Below are positions 39,172-50,296 of a stretch of 64,000 nt of DNA, one piece after another. The notes under the pieces are model-generated. The model worked only from the letters and a program-made list of their open reading frames with translations, had not been told where the DNA came from and did not search any database. The first letter of the stretch is position 1. Every line of letters starts with the position of its first letter. A program made the position numbers and the translations under genes. Source of the DNA: Paracoccus sp. (in: a-proteobacteria) (GTDB lineage Bacteria > Pseudomonadota > Alphaproteobacteria > Rhodobacterales > Rhodobacteraceae); the NCBI GenBank assembly GCA_030538425.1, contig JAUNTZ010000001.1, forward strand, positions 55,454 to 119,453. Reading direction: 5' to 3'.

Positions 39172-40323
39172 ATGACGGCACAATCGCTCACCCTGACTGG
39201 CATCACCAAAAGCTTCGGCGAAAGCGCGGTTCTCAAGGGGATAGATCTGGAGATTCGCTCGGGCGAGTTCCTGTCGCTCGTGGGCATGTCCGGCTGCGGG
39301 AAATCGACGCTTTTGCGGATCATCGCGGGGCTTGAGAGTGCCGATGAGGGGCAGGTGCGGATCGGCGCGCAGGATGTGACGCAGGTCGATCCCAGCGACC
39401 GCAATCTGGCGATGGTGTTTCAAAGCTATGCGCTTTACCCACATATGACGGTGCGCCAGAATATCGCGACGCCTCTGCGGATGCGCCAGCTTTCCATGGC
39501 GGCGCGCCTGCCGTTTGTGGGGCGTCTGATGCCCGGTCAGGGCAGGGCGCGCGCGGCGATTGACGCGCAGGTCGAGGCGGCGGCCGAGACGCTCCAGATC
39601 ACACCGCTGCTCGATCGCAAACCGGCGCAGCTTTCGGGCGGGCAGCGTCAGCGGGTCGCGCTGGCCCGCGCCTTGGTGCGCCAGCCTGCGGCGTTCCTGA
39701 TGGATGAGCCGCTGTCCAATCTTGACGCGAAACTGCGCAACCATATGCGCGATGAGCTTGCCGCGCTGCATCGCAGGCTGGGCGCGACGTTCATCTATGT
39801 CACCCATGATCAGGTCGAGGCGATGACCATGTCCGACCGTATCGCGCTGATGGATTCGGGGCGGATCATCCAACTTGGCACGCCGGACGATCTTTATCAT
39901 CGCCCCGCCAATCTGACCGTCGCGCGGTTCATCGGCTCACCCTCGATCAATCTTTTCCCGGTTGAGATCGGCGCTGAGGGCCATGTCTCGCTGCTGGGCC
40001 GGGGGCTTGCGCTGCGGACCAAGGCGGGGCAGGGACCGGCGAGTCTGGGGCTGCGACCGGAAAATCTCAGCTTCGCCAAAGCGCCGGGTGAGGGACTGCC
40101 CGCGCGCGTTCTCCACAGTGAGATGCACGGCGCGGACCGCTATGTCACGCTGCGCCTTGAAGGTGCCGATCACCACGCTGTCATGCGCCTGCCCGGAGAC
40201 CTGCGCCAGGCGCCCGAGGATGGCGCGCGGGTCGAGATCGCCTTTGATCCCCAGAACGCGCATCTCTTCGGCGCGGGTGGCGACCGGCTTGAGACCCTGC
40301 GCGCCGAGGTTCATGCCGCATGA
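39172..40323 (+). CDS. ABC transporter ATP-binding protein (UgpC/MalK-like)
   Basis: [35 protein letters not shown]. Confidence 0.95.
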   Translation: MTAQSLTLTGITKSFGESAVLKGIDLEIRSGEFLSLVGMSGCGKSTLLRIIAGLESADEGQVRIGAQDVTQVDPSDRNLAMVFQSYALYPHMTVRQNIATPLRMRQLSMAARLPFVGRLMPGQGRARAAIDAQVEAAAETLQITPLLDRKPAQLSGGQRQRVALARALVRQPAAFLMDEPLSNLDAKLRNHMRDELAALHRRLGATFIYVTHDQVEAMTMSDRIALMDSGRIIQLGTPDDLYHRPANLTVARFIGSPSINLFPVEIGAEGHVSLLGRGLALRTKAGQGPASLGLRPENLSFAKAPGEGLPARVLHSEMHGADRYVTLRLEGADHHAVMRLPGDLRQAPEDGARVEIAFDPQNAHLFGAGGDRLETLRAEVHAA

Positions 40324-41228
40324 GCATGACTGCCGCCCCGACCTGCGCGGCCATCGCCCGACCCCGCGCGCATCGCGGTCGCAGCGCGCTGATCTTTGTC
40401 GCGCCCGCGATTTTTCTGCTGCTGGTGATCTATATCGTCCCGCTGGTCGCGCTATTGGGCTTCAGCGTGACCGATTACCGGCTGGGCGCGATCCAGACCG
40501 AGTTCACCGGGCTCGACAATTTCCGCCGCGCCATGTCCGATCCGGTCTTCCTTCGCGCGCTGAGAAATACCCTTGTTTACGCGGGTATCGTGATCCCCTT
40601 CGGCATTGGCCTCGCGTTGCTTATCGCCGTTCTGGTGCATGAGCGCACCCGCAGCCGCGGCTTTTGGGAGATTGCCTATTTCCTGCCCGTGACCGCCACG
40701 CTGGTTGCGATGGCGACGGTGTGGCAATTCGTGCTGCACCCCTCGCTTGGGCCGGTCAATGCCGCGATTCGCTGGCTGGGGATGGAGCCGGTCTCGTTCC
40801 TTGGCAACCCCGCGCTGCTGATCCCGACGCTGGCGATGATCGGCGTCTGGCAGGTGCTGGGCTTCAATATGGTGCTCTATCTCGCCGGACTGACCGGGAT
40901 TTCGCGCGATCTTTACGAGGCTGCGCGGATGGATGGCGCGAAAAGCGGCATCGACCGCTTTCTGACCGTGACATGGCCGATGTTGGGACCGACCACGATG
41001 TTCGTTCTGGTCACCACCTCGATCAGCGCGTTCAAGGTATTCGAGACAGTGGCGGTGCTGACCAAGGGAAGATCCGGTTCAGAAACATTGCTTTATGCGA
41101 TCTATCTCGAAGGTTTCGAATATTCCGAGACCGGCTATGCCGCCGCGCTGACGCTGCTGTTTCTGGCGATCATTCTGGCGCTGTCGATCTGGCAGACATT
41201 TTTTATGGACAAGAAGGTGCATTACTGA
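40320..41228 (+). CDS. ABC transporter permease (UgpA-like)
   Basis: Multiple TM segments; LYEAARMDGA EAA loop. Confidence 0.93.
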   Translation: MSMTAAPTCAAIARPRAHRGRSALIFVAPAIFLLLVIYIVPLVALLGFSVTDYRLGAIQTEFTGLDNFRRAMSDPVFLRALRNTLVYAGIVIPFGIGLALLIAVLVHERTRSRGFWEIAYFLPVTATLVAMATVWQFVLHPSLGPVNAAIRWLGMEPVSFLGNPALLIPTLAMIGVWQVLGFNMVLYLAGLTGISRDLYEAARMDGAKSGIDRFLTVTWPMLGPTTMFVLVTTSISAFKVFETVAVLTKGRSGSETLLYAIYLEGFEYSETGYAAALTLLFLAIILALSIWQTFFMDKKVHY

Positions 41229-42040
41229 TGGGCCGCATTGTCTCATGGCTGATCCTGATTGCGGGCGCGGTGTTCGTGCTGCTGCCGTTTTACTGGATGC
41301 TGCTAACCTCGATCCGCCCCCCGGCCGAGATCTTCAACATCTCGCTCTGGCCGATCCCGGAAAATTTCGCCGCGCGGCAGAATTACAGCCGCGTGATGCA
41401 GCAAGTGCCGATGGCGCAGTTCATGCTGAACGGGGTGATCGTCTGCCTTGGCATCCTTGTGGTGCAGATCCTGACCGCCGTCCCCGCCGCCTATGCGCTG
41501 GCCAAGCTGCGTTTTCGCGGGCAGGGGGTGATGCTGGCGCTGGTGATCGGCGCGCTTTGCGTGCCGATGCAGGCGCTAGCGCTGCCGCTGTTCGTGGGGC
41601 TCGCCAAGGCGAAGCTTCTGAACACCTATTTCGCGCTGATGCTGCCGTTTTTCCTGTCCGTCTTTGCGATTTTCCTGCTGCGCCAGTCCTTCCGTTCCTA
41701 CCCCGATGAGATCATCGAGGCGGCGCGGATGGACGGGTTTTCCGAGATGGAGATCTGCTGGGGCATCGTGCTGCGCGGCTCGCTGCCCGCGCTTGCGGCT
41801 TTCTCGGTCTTCTCGATCGTGGCGCATTGGAACGATCTTTACTGGCCGATGATCGTGGTCAGCGACATCCGCCTCGCGCCGCCGCCCTTGGGGATGCTGT
41901 TCTTCGCCGATGCGGAATCGGGCAGCGATTACGGCGCTTTGATGGCGGGTGCGGCAATCATCACCGCGCCGATGGTGCTGTGTTTCCTGATCGCGCGGCG
42001 CCGTTTCATCGACGGCATCACCATGACCGGCGTGAAATGA
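41228..42040 (+). CDS. ABC transporter permease (UgpE-like)
   Basis: IIEAARMDG, HWNDLYWP; TGATG coupling. Confidence 0.93.
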   Translation: MGRIVSWLILIAGAVFVLLPFYWMLLTSIRPPAEIFNISLWPIPENFAARQNYSRVMQQVPMAQFMLNGVIVCLGILVVQILTAVPAAYALAKLRFRGQGVMLALVIGALCVPMQALALPLFVGLAKAKLLNTYFALMLPFFLSVFAIFLLRQSFRSYPDEIIEAARMDGFSEMEICWGIVLRGSLPALAAFSVFSIVAHWNDLYWPMIVVSDIRLAPPPLGMLFFADAESGSDYGALMAGAAIITAPMVLCFLIARRRFIDGITMTGVK

Positions 42041-42074
42041 GTTTCCTTCCCCTCAACGCTCCAAGGAGAATGTG

Positions 42075-43352
42075 ATGAGCTTTTTCAAGACGATGACCGC
42101 CGCTGCGGTTCTGCTGGGCACCGCCATGCCGCTGGCGGCTGAGCAGATCACGCTGAACGTGCTATACAACCTGCCGGGCTTCACGCGCTTTCATCAGCCG
42201 CTGGCCGAAACCTTCATGGAGAACAATCCCGACATCCGCATCAACTTCCTTGCCCCGGCGGCTGGCTATAATGAGGGCCATCAGCAGGTCCTGCGCGCCG
42301 CCGTGACGAATGACATGCCCGATGTGTTCTTCTCGGGCTATCACCTGCTGGACGAGCTGGCGACGACGCTTGCGGCGCGCGGCCAGATCACGGATCTTGC
42401 GCCCTTCATCGAGGCCGAGGGCGGGCAGGCCTATCTGGATGAGAATTTCGCCGCACCCATGGTCGCTTTGGGTGAGGTCGGGGGCGTGCAATACGGGCTT
42501 CCGGTGAACGCGTCCTCGCCGATCATGTATGCCAATGCGGATCTGGTCCGCTCGGCCGGTGGAGACCCCGAAAACCTGCCCGATACCTGGGAAGATGTGA
42601 TCGCGTTGGCCGTTGCCATCCGTGAGGCGAACCCGAACGCCGCCGGTCTGGCCTATGACATCGCGGGCTGGCCCGATGATTGGCTGTGGCAGGCGATGAT
42701 CTATCAGCAGGGTGGTGAACTGGTCGATGCCGAAAGCGGCACCGTTGCGTTTGACGGCGAGACCGGGCTGAACGCGCTGACCCTCCTGCGCCGCTTTGTG
42801 ACCGAGGCGGGCCAGCCCGTGCTTGACTGGGATCAGTCGCGCCAGCAATTCGGCGCCGGTCTGACCGGGATGATCTTCTCAACCCCCGCCCATGTCCAGA
42901 CCATCGAAGAGCTGGTGGGCGACCGGTTCGAGCTGGTGACGACGACCTTCCCGCTTGACAACAAGGAAGATGGCGGCGTGCCGACCGGCGGCAACGCGGC
43001 GGTGATCCTGACCCAGGATGAGGCGCGTCAGGCGGCGGCCTGGGAATATCTCAAATGGGTGACCGGCCCCGAGGCGCAAAACGTGATCGTGCGCATCACC
43101 GGCTATCTGCCGACCAATATCCGCGCCACCGGCGAGGACTATCTGGCGCCCTATTATGTCGAGCATCCGAATGTCGCGACCGCCGCGCGGCAGGCCGACC
43201 GCTCGCGCCCCTGGGCGGGCTATCCGGGCGGCGATTCGGTCCGTATCTGGCGCACGCAGCGCGACATTATCGGCACGGTGATGCGCGGTGAGGTCTCGCC
43301 CGAGGACGGGCTGGCGCAAATGGTTGAGCAGACCGATAACCTGATGCGCTAA
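42075..43352 (+). CDS. ABC transporter substrate-binding protein (UgpB-like)
   Basis: Signal peptide; YGLPVNASSPIMYAN, PTGGN, TGYLP. Confidence 0.92.
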   Translation: MSFFKTMTAAAVLLGTAMPLAAEQITLNVLYNLPGFTRFHQPLAETFMENNPDIRINFLAPAAGYNEGHQQVLRAAVTNDMPDVFFSGYHLLDELATTLAARGQITDLAPFIEAEGGQAYLDENFAAPMVALGEVGGVQYGLPVNASSPIMYANADLVRSAGGDPENLPDTWEDVIALAVAIREANPNAAGLAYDIAGWPDDWLWQAMIYQQGGELVDAESGTVAFDGETGLNALTLLRRFVTEAGQPVLDWDQSRQQFGAGLTGMIFSTPAHVQTIEELVGDRFELVTTTFPLDNKEDGGVPTGGNAAVILTQDEARQAAAWEYLKWVTGPEAQNVIVRITGYLPTNIRATGEDYLAPYYVEHPNVATAARQADRSRPWAGYPGGDSVRIWRTQRDIIGTVMRGEVSPEDGLAQMVEQTDNLMR

Positions 43353-43411
43353 ACGCAGAGGGCGGGGCGTGCTATGCGCCCCGCCACGACCTCCCGTGCA
43401 AGGCGGCTTCG

Positions 43412-44212
43412 ATGAAGATCATCCAGATCACCGACACCCATCTTCTGCCGCCCGGCGGGCGCATCTTCGGGATCGACCCCGCCGCGCAGCTTGCCGCCAT
43501 CGTGGCCGAAATCGCAGCCCATCACCGCGATGCCGATCTGGTCGTGATCACCGGCGATCTGTGCAATGATGGCGATCCGGCGGCCTATGCGCTGCTGCGC
43601 GACTTGCTGGCGGATCTGCCTTACGAGACGCGCCTGCTGCTGGGCAATCACGATGACAGGCCGTCATTTCGCAGCGCCTTTCCGGATCATCCGGTGGATG
43701 AGAACGGGTTTGTTCAGTCATTCCTTGATACGCCGCAGGGCAGGCTGCTGTTTCTGGACAGCCACCATCCCGCGACGATTGGCGGGCGCTATTGCGCGGA
43801 TCGTCAAAGCTGGCTCCGCCATGCGCTAGAGGGCGCAGGAGGCGCGCCGGTGACGGTCTTTGTCCACCACCCGCCAGTGCCGGACGGTCTGGCGCATTTC
43901 GAACATATCGGGCTTCACGATGCGGGCGATGTGATGGCGCTCCTGAGCGCCCATCCCGGCGGCGTCCGCCACATCGTCTTTGGCCATATCCATGTGGCCC
44001 TTTGCGGGACATCCGCCGAAGGTATCGCCTTCAGTTCGGGCCAGTCCTGCGCACATCGCTTTGTCACCGATATCGAGAATCCGCAGCCCTATTGGACCTC
44101 GGGCCCGCCATGCTACCGAGTTCTGATGCTGGACCAGTTCGGCTTTCGCGCCTATTCCGCGCAGATCGGTGAAGAGCGCCTTGCCCGCGCGCCAATCTGC
44201 GCGGGGCCATAG
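43412..44212 (+). CDS. Calcineurin-like phosphodiesterase (GpdQ/Icc type)
   Basis: ITDTHL, TGDL, GNHD, HHPP, GHIH. Confidence 0.9.
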   Translation: MKIIQITDTHLLPPGGRIFGIDPAAQLAAIVAEIAAHHRDADLVVITGDLCNDGDPAAYALLRDLLADLPYETRLLLGNHDDRPSFRSAFPDHPVDENGFVQSFLDTPQGRLLFLDSHHPATIGGRYCADRQSWLRHALEGAGGAPVTVFVHHPPVPDGLAHFEHIGLHDAGDVMALLSAHPGGVRHIVFGHIHVALCGTSAEGIAFSSGQSCAHRFVTDIENPQPYWTSGPPCYRVLMLDQFGFRAYSAQIGEERLARAPICAGP

Positions 44213-44217
44213 GCACC

Positions 44218-45549
44218 TCACCCACCCAGCAACCTCACAAGAAACAGCGACATTTGCGGGAAGGCGGCAACCACGGCCAGGCCGATCAGGCTGGCGATCA
44301 GGAAGGGGACCGCGCCGCGCGCCACTTGTTCAATCGACAGGCGGGTGACGTTTGCCGCGACATAAAGGTTGATCCCGACCGGGGGCGTGATCAGCCCAAT
44401 CGCCAGATTAACCATCAAGAGAACGCCGAACCAGACCGGGTCCCAGCCGAGTTCTCGCACCACCGGCAGGAAGATCGGCAGTGAGATGAACATCACCGTC
44501 ACCGCATCCATGAACATGCCCGCGACCAGCAGGATCAGCATCATCACCAGCAAAATGACCCAGCCGCTCTCGGACAGGCCCAGCAGCGCGCCGGAATATT
44601 GTCCGACCAGGTTCTCCACCGTGACCACCCAGCCGAACAGGCTGGCATAAGCCACCACCAGCATCACCACCGCCGAAGATGAGGCCGCATCGGCGAGCGA
44701 TTCATAAAGCCCGCGCAGGCTCAGCGTGCGATAGGCGAAGGCGCCCACAAGAAGCGCCCAGACAGTGGCGACAAGCGCGGCCTCGGTCGGCGTGAAGATG
44801 CCCGAATAGATGCCGCCAAGGATCACGACCGGGGTCATCAGCCCCCAGAACCCGTCGATAAAGGCGCGCCACAGCCGCGCCCCGTAAGGCAGCCCGGCAT
44901 AGGGTTCGGGCGCCAGCGCATCAAGCGCGGCCCGCCCCTCGCCACGCCGCCTGGGCGCGAAGGCCAGCGCGGCGAGCATGGTCAGCCCCATGAAGATGCC
45001 GGGGATCACCGCCGCGATGAACAGCCGCGAGATCGAGGTCTCGGCAATCACCCCGTAAATCACCAGCCCGATGGAGGGCGGAATGACGATGGAAAACGCA
45101 GCCCCCGTGCTGACCAGCCCGGCCGCATAGGCGCGACTGTAGCCGTCATCCTCCATCGCGCGGATCAGCATCGGCCCGATGGCCGCGACCGAGGCGGGAC
45201 CCGACCCGCTGACAGCCCCCCAGAACAGGCACACAACGGTGCCAACAACGCCCATGCCGCCCGGCAGATTGCCGATCAGCACGCGGAAAAAGCGGATCAT
45301 CCGTTCGGCAATCCCCAGACTGCCCATCAGTGAGCCGGCAAGGATGAAGAACGGAATCGCCAGAAGCGAGTATTTCGAGATCCCCGTGGCAATCAGATCG
45401 CCCGCCAGCTCAAACCCGAAGCCGATCACCCACATCGCATAAATGGCCGAGAGCCCCAGCGCGAAGGCAACCGGCAGCCCGATGGCCATCAGCAAAAAGA
45501 ACGCCAGCACCATCTGCGTTCCGGGCGCGAGGTTCAGCAGATCAAACAT
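44218..45549 (-). CDS. dctM: TRAP transporter large permease
   Basis: LLAIPFFILAG, SGSGPA, IPPSI, FTPTEA, ITPPVG. Confidence 0.93.
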   Translation of the reverse strand: MFDLLNLAPGTQMVLAFFLLMAIGLPVAFALGLSAIYAMWVIGFGFELAGDLIATGISKYSLLAIPFFILAGSLMGSLGIAERMIRFFRVLIGNLPGGMGVVGTVVCLFWGAVSGSGPASVAAIGPMLIRAMEDDGYSRAYAAGLVSTGAAFSIVIPPSIGLVIYGVIAETSISRLFIAAVIPGIFMGLTMLAALAFAPRRRGEGRAALDALAPEPYAGLPYGARLWRAFIDGFWGLMTPVVILGGIYSGIFTPTEAALVATVWALLVGAFAYRTLSLRGLYESLADAASSSAVVMLVVAYASLFGWVVTVENLVGQYSGALLGLSESGWVILLVMMLILLVAGMFMDAVTVMFISLPIFLPVVRELGWDPVWFGVLLMVNLAIGLITPPVGINLYVAANVTRLSIEQVARGAVPFLIASLIGLAVVAAFPQMSLFLVRLLGG

Positions 45550-46030
45550 CGGGCACACCACCTTCAAGCGCCGGATCGCGCCAGACCAGAACCGCGCGCT
45601 GCACATAGCGGATCAGCACAAGCGCAAAGCCGAAGGGCACCGCCGCCTGATAATACCAGGCCGGGAAACCCAGCGCATAAGAGCGCATCCCGCTTTTGTA
45701 GAGATTGAGCGCGGATTGGAAGGAAAACCACGCCGACATGCCCAGCAGCAGGGCCGAAAGCAACACCGCAAGAACAAGCACCGCCTGACGCGCGCGGCGT
45801 GGCAGCAGGTTGGCCAGCAGGGTGACCGCCAGATGCTCACCCCGACGCGCCGCGATGGCGGCTCCGAACACGGTCAGGACCAGAAAACCGTTGGTCAGAA
45901 GTTCCTCGGTGGACGCCAGCGAATAATTCGTCAGATAGCGCACGGCCACATTGGCAAAGCCAAGAAGGGTCATGCCGAGAAAGATCACCGCACAGATGAG
46001 CTTCTCGGCCTCGTCGAAAATCAGGCGCAT
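45542..46030 (-). CDS. dctQ: TRAP transporter small permease
   Basis: Four TM segments; NVAVRY..TEEL; between dctP and dctM. Confidence 0.9.
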   Translation of the reverse strand: MRLIFDEAEKLICAVIFLGMTLLGFANVAVRYLTNYSLASTEELLTNGFLVLTVFGAAIAARRGEHLAVTLLANLLPRRARQAVLVLAVLLSALLLGMSAWFSFQSALNLYKSGMRSYALGFPAWYYQAAVPFGFALVLIRYVQRAVLVWRDPALEGGVPDV

Positions 46031-46075
46031 GCGCGGCTCCGATGGGGGCGGGCCCCGGGGGACCCGCCTGTGGTG

Positions 46076-47068
46076 TCAGTTGGCCGCGATGGCGTCGCGG
46101 AAGGACTGGACAAGTTCCGGCCCGACGCGTTCGGCCCAAGTGTCAAAGGCGGGCTGCGTGGCCTCACGGAATGCGGCCAGCTCCTCGCTTGACGGCTCGT
46201 GCACCTCCATCCCCTGTTCGCGCAGGAAGATCACGCCCTCAGCCGTCGCCTCGCGGCTGATCTCACGCTGATATTCCATCGCCTCAGTCGCGGCCTCTTG
46301 CATCTGGGCTTGCGTCTCAGCGTCCAGACTGTCCCATTTCGCCTTGGAGATGCCTAGGAAAAGCGGGTCATAGGAATAGTGCCAGGTCGTCAGGTAACGC
46401 TGCATTTCATAGACCTGCTGCGGGATGATCACCGCGCCAATCGGGTTTTCCTGCCCGTCCACGACGCCTTGCTGAAGCGCGCTGAGCGTCTCGGACCATT
46501 GCATCTGCTGCGGGTTCGCGCCCAAGGCGTTCATCACGTCGATATACATCGGCCCCGCGACACGGACGTTCAGCCCGCGCAGGTCCTCGGGGGAGGTGAT
46601 GGGGCGGCGGTTATTGGTCAGCTCGCGAAAGCCGTTCTCGCCCCAGGCCAGAACCTTGATGCCGCGTTCCAGCAGGATCTCTTCCAGCGGCGCGACCGCA
46701 TCGCCCTGCGTCGTGGCGTCCACCTGTTCGTAGTTTTCATACATATAAGGCAGCGAGAACACCGCCATTTCCGGCACAAGCGGCGTCACGTTGATGGCCG
46801 AGGTCACCACCAGATCCAGAGCGCCGCGCCCGACCATTTCGGCCTGCCGCATCTGGTCGCCACCGGCCAGCTGGGCGTTCGGGAAGATGCGGATATCATA
46901 GGCGCCATCGGTCTTTTCCGAGAGCAACTCGCCAAAGCGCTCGGCCCCGCGTTGCCAGGTGGTCGTGTCGCCGACATTATGCGACAGGCGCAGCGTTTCA
47001 GCGCTGAGCGGCAGCGCGAAGGCGGCGGATGCCAGCAAGGCGGCGAGGCTGATTTTGGCGATGGTCAT
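46076..47068 (-). CDS. dctP: TRAP transporter substrate-binding protein
   Basis: FPNAQL, ENGFR, DLRGLNVR, LQQGVVDGQENP. Confidence 0.93.
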   Translation of the reverse strand: MTIAKISLAALLASAAFALPLSAETLRLSHNVGDTTTWQRGAERFGELLSEKTDGAYDIRIFPNAQLAGGDQMRQAEMVGRGALDLVVTSAINVTPLVPEMAVFSLPYMYENYEQVDATTQGDAVAPLEEILLERGIKVLAWGENGFRELTNNRRPITSPEDLRGLNVRVAGPMYIDVMNALGANPQQMQWSETLSALQQGVVDGQENPIGAVIIPQQVYEMQRYLTTWHYSYDPLFLGISKAKWDSLDAETQAQMQEAATEAMEYQREISREATAEGVIFLREQGMEVHEPSSEELAAFREATQPAFDTWAERVGPELVQSFRDAIAAN

Positions 47069-47503
47069 AACGGTCTCCTCCAGTCCGTGCGCAATGATCG
47101 GCACAAGATGGACCGCCGGGCGGGCGGAATACAAGGGGAAGGTTGCAGGATTACGCAAGAAAGTTTCGATTGTGGGGCGGCGCGGGATGGGCGAAGGCGA
47201 GCGCTCCAGTTGAAGCTGACGGCACGGTCAAGGAAACGGCGCTTGCGGGGGCGACTTGGCGGGTCTTCCTTTTCGGGCAGGACCACATCCTCGCCGTTTC
47301 GCTATTCGTGCCTTCATCGCTGTCCATCCTCTCGATAGGCAGGACATTCGTCGCAAATGGAAAGCTTATGGCAGCTCATACCCTGCGCAGCGCAATATTC
47401 ATCAACCGCCGCCGATCGTCCTGCGAGATCACAGGCCCGCGCACAGCTAATTCCCCTCAGCATAAGGGAAACCTGACGCGCCACAGGCGGGACAGCGGCA
47501 CCC

Positions 47504-47563
47504 CTGTCACAAAACCCCGCCCCGTTTCATAAAACTGTCACATAAATTGAGAAATCATGTCAC
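47504..47563 (+). promoter_or_regulatory. Pho box cluster upstream of phnD
   Basis: GTTTCAT-AAAA-CTGTCAC (47524-47541), ATGTCAC 22 bp later (47557), extra CTGTCAC at 47504. Confidence 0.8.
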
Positions 47564-47619
47564 AATCCGCCCATAGAAGCCGGGACGTCACCTCACGTCA
47601 TAATGAAAGAAGGCCGATC

Positions 47620-48570
47620 ATGATTCTCCGTCTGGCGACCACCACCGCAATTGCCACCCTGATGAGCCTGCCGGCTCACGCGAATTTCCAGCTTGATGCC
47701 CGCTATACCGATGCGGATGGCGACATGATCGCCGATATTCCGACCGACCCGTCCGAACTGGTTGATCCCGACACGCTGGTCTTTGCCTATACCCCCGTTG
47801 AAGACCCGGCCGTCTATGTCGATGTCTGGGCCGAGTTCCTTGATCATCTCTCCGAAGTCACCGGCAAGAATGTCGAGTTTTTCCCGGTCCAGAACAACGC
47901 CGCCCAATATGAGGCGATGCGCGCGGGCCGTCTGCATATCGCGGGCGTAAACACCGGCGGCAATGCCATCGCTGTGGCCTGCTCGGGCTTCCGCCCCTTT
48001 GCCATGATGGCGAATGAGGACGGCTCTTATGGCTATGAGATGGAGATCATCACCTATCCGGGCTCTGGCATCGAGGAACTGGCCGACCTCAAGGGCCGCC
48101 AGCTGGCCTTCACCTCTGAGACCTCGAATTCCGGCTTCAAGGCACCGCAAGCGCTGCTCGAGGCCGAGTTCGATCTGGAGGTCGAACGCGACTATACCCC
48201 GGCTTTCTCGGGCGGTCATGACAACTCGATCCTGGGCGTTGCCAATCAGGACTATGACGCGGCGGCGATTGCCAACTCGGTTCTCACCCGCATGGCCGCG
48301 CGCGGCGTGGTCAATCAGGACGATCTGGTCTCGATCTACAAATCGGACACCTTCCCGACCACCGGCTACGGCGTCGTCTACAACCTGACCCCCGAGTTGC
48401 AAGAAAAGATCCAGGAGGCGTTCTTCAGCTTTGACTGGGAAGGCACCGGGCTTGAGGCCGAGTTCAGCGCGCAGGGTGAGACGCAGTTCATCCCGATCAC
48501 CTTCCAGGAACATTGGTCCGTGATCCGCCAGATCGACGAGGCGATGGGCGTGACCTATACCTGCAACTGA
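47620..48570 (+). CDS. phnD: Phosphate/phosphite/phosphonate ABC substrate-binding protein
   Basis: AYTPVEDP, AFTSETSNSG, FSGGHDNS; signal peptide. Confidence 0.9.
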   Translation: MILRLATTTAIATLMSLPAHANFQLDARYTDADGDMIADIPTDPSELVDPDTLVFAYTPVEDPAVYVDVWAEFLDHLSEVTGKNVEFFPVQNNAAQYEAMRAGRLHIAGVNTGGNAIAVACSGFRPFAMMANEDGSYGYEMEIITYPGSGIEELADLKGRQLAFTSETSNSGFKAPQALLEAEFDLEVERDYTPAFSGGHDNSILGVANQDYDAAAIANSVLTRMAARGVVNQDDLVSIYKSDTFPTTGYGVVYNLTPELQEKIQEAFFSFDWEGTGLEAEFSAQGETQFIPITFQEHWSVIRQIDEAMGVTYTCN

Positions 48571-48641
48571 TTTTGCAGAACTGTTCGGGGCAGGCGGGTC
48601 ATCTCGCCTGCCTTCTTCACAAGACATAAAAAAGGCCGGTG

Positions 48642-49469
48642 ATGCTGACCGTCGAGAACCTGACCAAGACCTACCGCACCGGCGACAAGGCGCTGTCCGA
48701 GGCCAATTTCACCGTTCCCGCCGGGCAGGTGGTCGGGCTGATCGGCCCCTCGGGCGCGGGCAAATCGACGCTGATCCGCTGTGTGAACCGGCTGGTTGAG
48801 CCGACATCGGGCTCGGTGCGCCTCAACGATCTGGACATCACCCGCCTGCGCGGCGGCGATCTGCGCCGGGCGCGGCGGCGGATCGGGATGATCTTTCAGG
48901 AATACGCACTGGTTGAGCGGCTCACGGTGATGGAAAACGTGCTGTCGGGCAGGTTGGGCTATGTCGGCTTCTGGCGCAGCTTTCTGCGCCGTTATCCCCC
49001 CGCCGACGTTGAAAACGCCTTCCGGCTGCTGGACCGGGTCGGGCTCTCGGCCCATGTGGACAAGCGCGCCGATGCGCTTTCTGGCGGGCAGCGTCAGCGT
49101 GTCGGCATCGCCCGCGCGCTTGAGCAGAACCCCGAGCTTTTGCTGGTCGATGAGCCGACCGCCAGCCTTGACCCCAAGACCTCGCGCCAGATCATGCGGC
49201 TGATCGTCGAGATCTGCCGTGAACGCGGCCTGCCCGCGATCATCAACATCCATGATGTCGTTCTGGCCCAGCAATTCACCGACCGCATCATCGGCCTGCA
49301 AGCCGGGCAGATCGTCTTTGACGGCAAGCCGGCCGAGCTGACCGAGGCCGTCCTGACCCGCATTTACGGCGAAGAAGACTGGGCCGCGATGCGCAAGAAC
49401 GCCGATGAGGACCGCGAGGCCGAGGCTGCGGACCAGGACGCCCGCGAGAAAATGCTGGAGGCGATGTGA
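48642..49469 (+). CDS. phnC: Phosphonate ABC ATP-binding protein
   Basis: [40 protein letters not shown]. Confidence 0.93.
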   Translation: MLTVENLTKTYRTGDKALSEANFTVPAGQVVGLIGPSGAGKSTLIRCVNRLVEPTSGSVRLNDLDITRLRGGDLRRARRRIGMIFQEYALVERLTVMENVLSGRLGYVGFWRSFLRRYPPADVENAFRLLDRVGLSAHVDKRADALSGGQRQRVGIARALEQNPELLLVDEPTASLDPKTSRQIMRLIVEICRERGLPAIINIHDVVLAQQFTDRIIGLQAGQIVFDGKPAELTEAVLTRIYGEEDWAAMRKNADEDREAEAADQDAREKMLEAM

Positions 49470-50296
49470 GCGTCACCCCCCTTTCGTCAAGCGCCGCCGA
49501 CAGCTACCCGACCCGCTGGCGCCGCCCGCCGCAAATGATCAAATCGCAGTTCTGGCGCGTCGTGCTGGCGGCCTGCGCGATCATCTATCTGATCCTCGCC
49601 ATCGGCAGTATTGAGGTGAACTGGTCGCGCGTGGCGCTTGGGCTTGAACGCGGGCAGCGCTTTGTTGCGGGGTTCCTGACCCCCGATTTCACCTCACGCT
49701 GGCGCGACATCTCAGCCGGGCTGGTTGAGAGCCTGACCATGACCTTCACCTCAACCGTGGTTGGCGTGCTGATCTCGATCCCCATCGGCATCGGCGCCGC
49801 GCGCAACATCGCGCCGCGTTGGCTTTATTATATCTGCCGCTCGATCATCGCGATCAGCCGCGCGCTGCAAGAGATCATCGTGGCGATTTTCTTCGTCGCT
49901 CTGTTCGGCTTCGGCGCCTTCGCCGGGTTCCTGACGCTCACCTTCTCGACCATCGGTTTCATCGGCAAACTCTTGGCCGAGGATATCGAGGATATCGACG
50001 AGAAACAGACAGAGGCGATCCGCGCGACCGGGGCAAGCTGGGTGCAGCTGATCAATTACGGCATCCAGCCGCAGGTCATGCCGCGACTGATCGGCTTGTC
50101 GCTTTACCGGCTCGACATTAACTTCCGCGAATCCGCCGTGATCGGGATTGTCGGCGCGGGCGGGATCGGCGCGGCGCTGAACACCTCGCTGTCGCGCTAT
50201 GAATATTCAAGCGCCGGGGCCATCCTGCTGATCATCATCGCCATTGTGATGATCTCGGAATACGCCTCGGGCCATCTGCGCAAATGGGTGCAGTGA
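49466..50296 (+). CDS. phnE: Phosphonate ABC permease
   Basis: [27 protein letters not shown]. Confidence 0.93.
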   Translation: MSVTPLSSSAADSYPTRWRRPPQMIKSQFWRVVLAACAIIYLILAIGSIEVNWSRVALGLERGQRFVAGFLTPDFTSRWRDISAGLVESLTMTFTSTVVGVLISIPIGIGAARNIAPRWLYYICRSIIAISRALQEIIVAIFFVALFGFGAFAGFLTLTFSTIGFIGKLLAEDIEDIDEKQTEAIRATGASWVQLINYGIQPQVMPRLIGLSLYRLDINFRESAVIGIVGAGGIGAALNTSLSRYEYSSAGAILLIIIAIVMISEYASGHLRKWVQ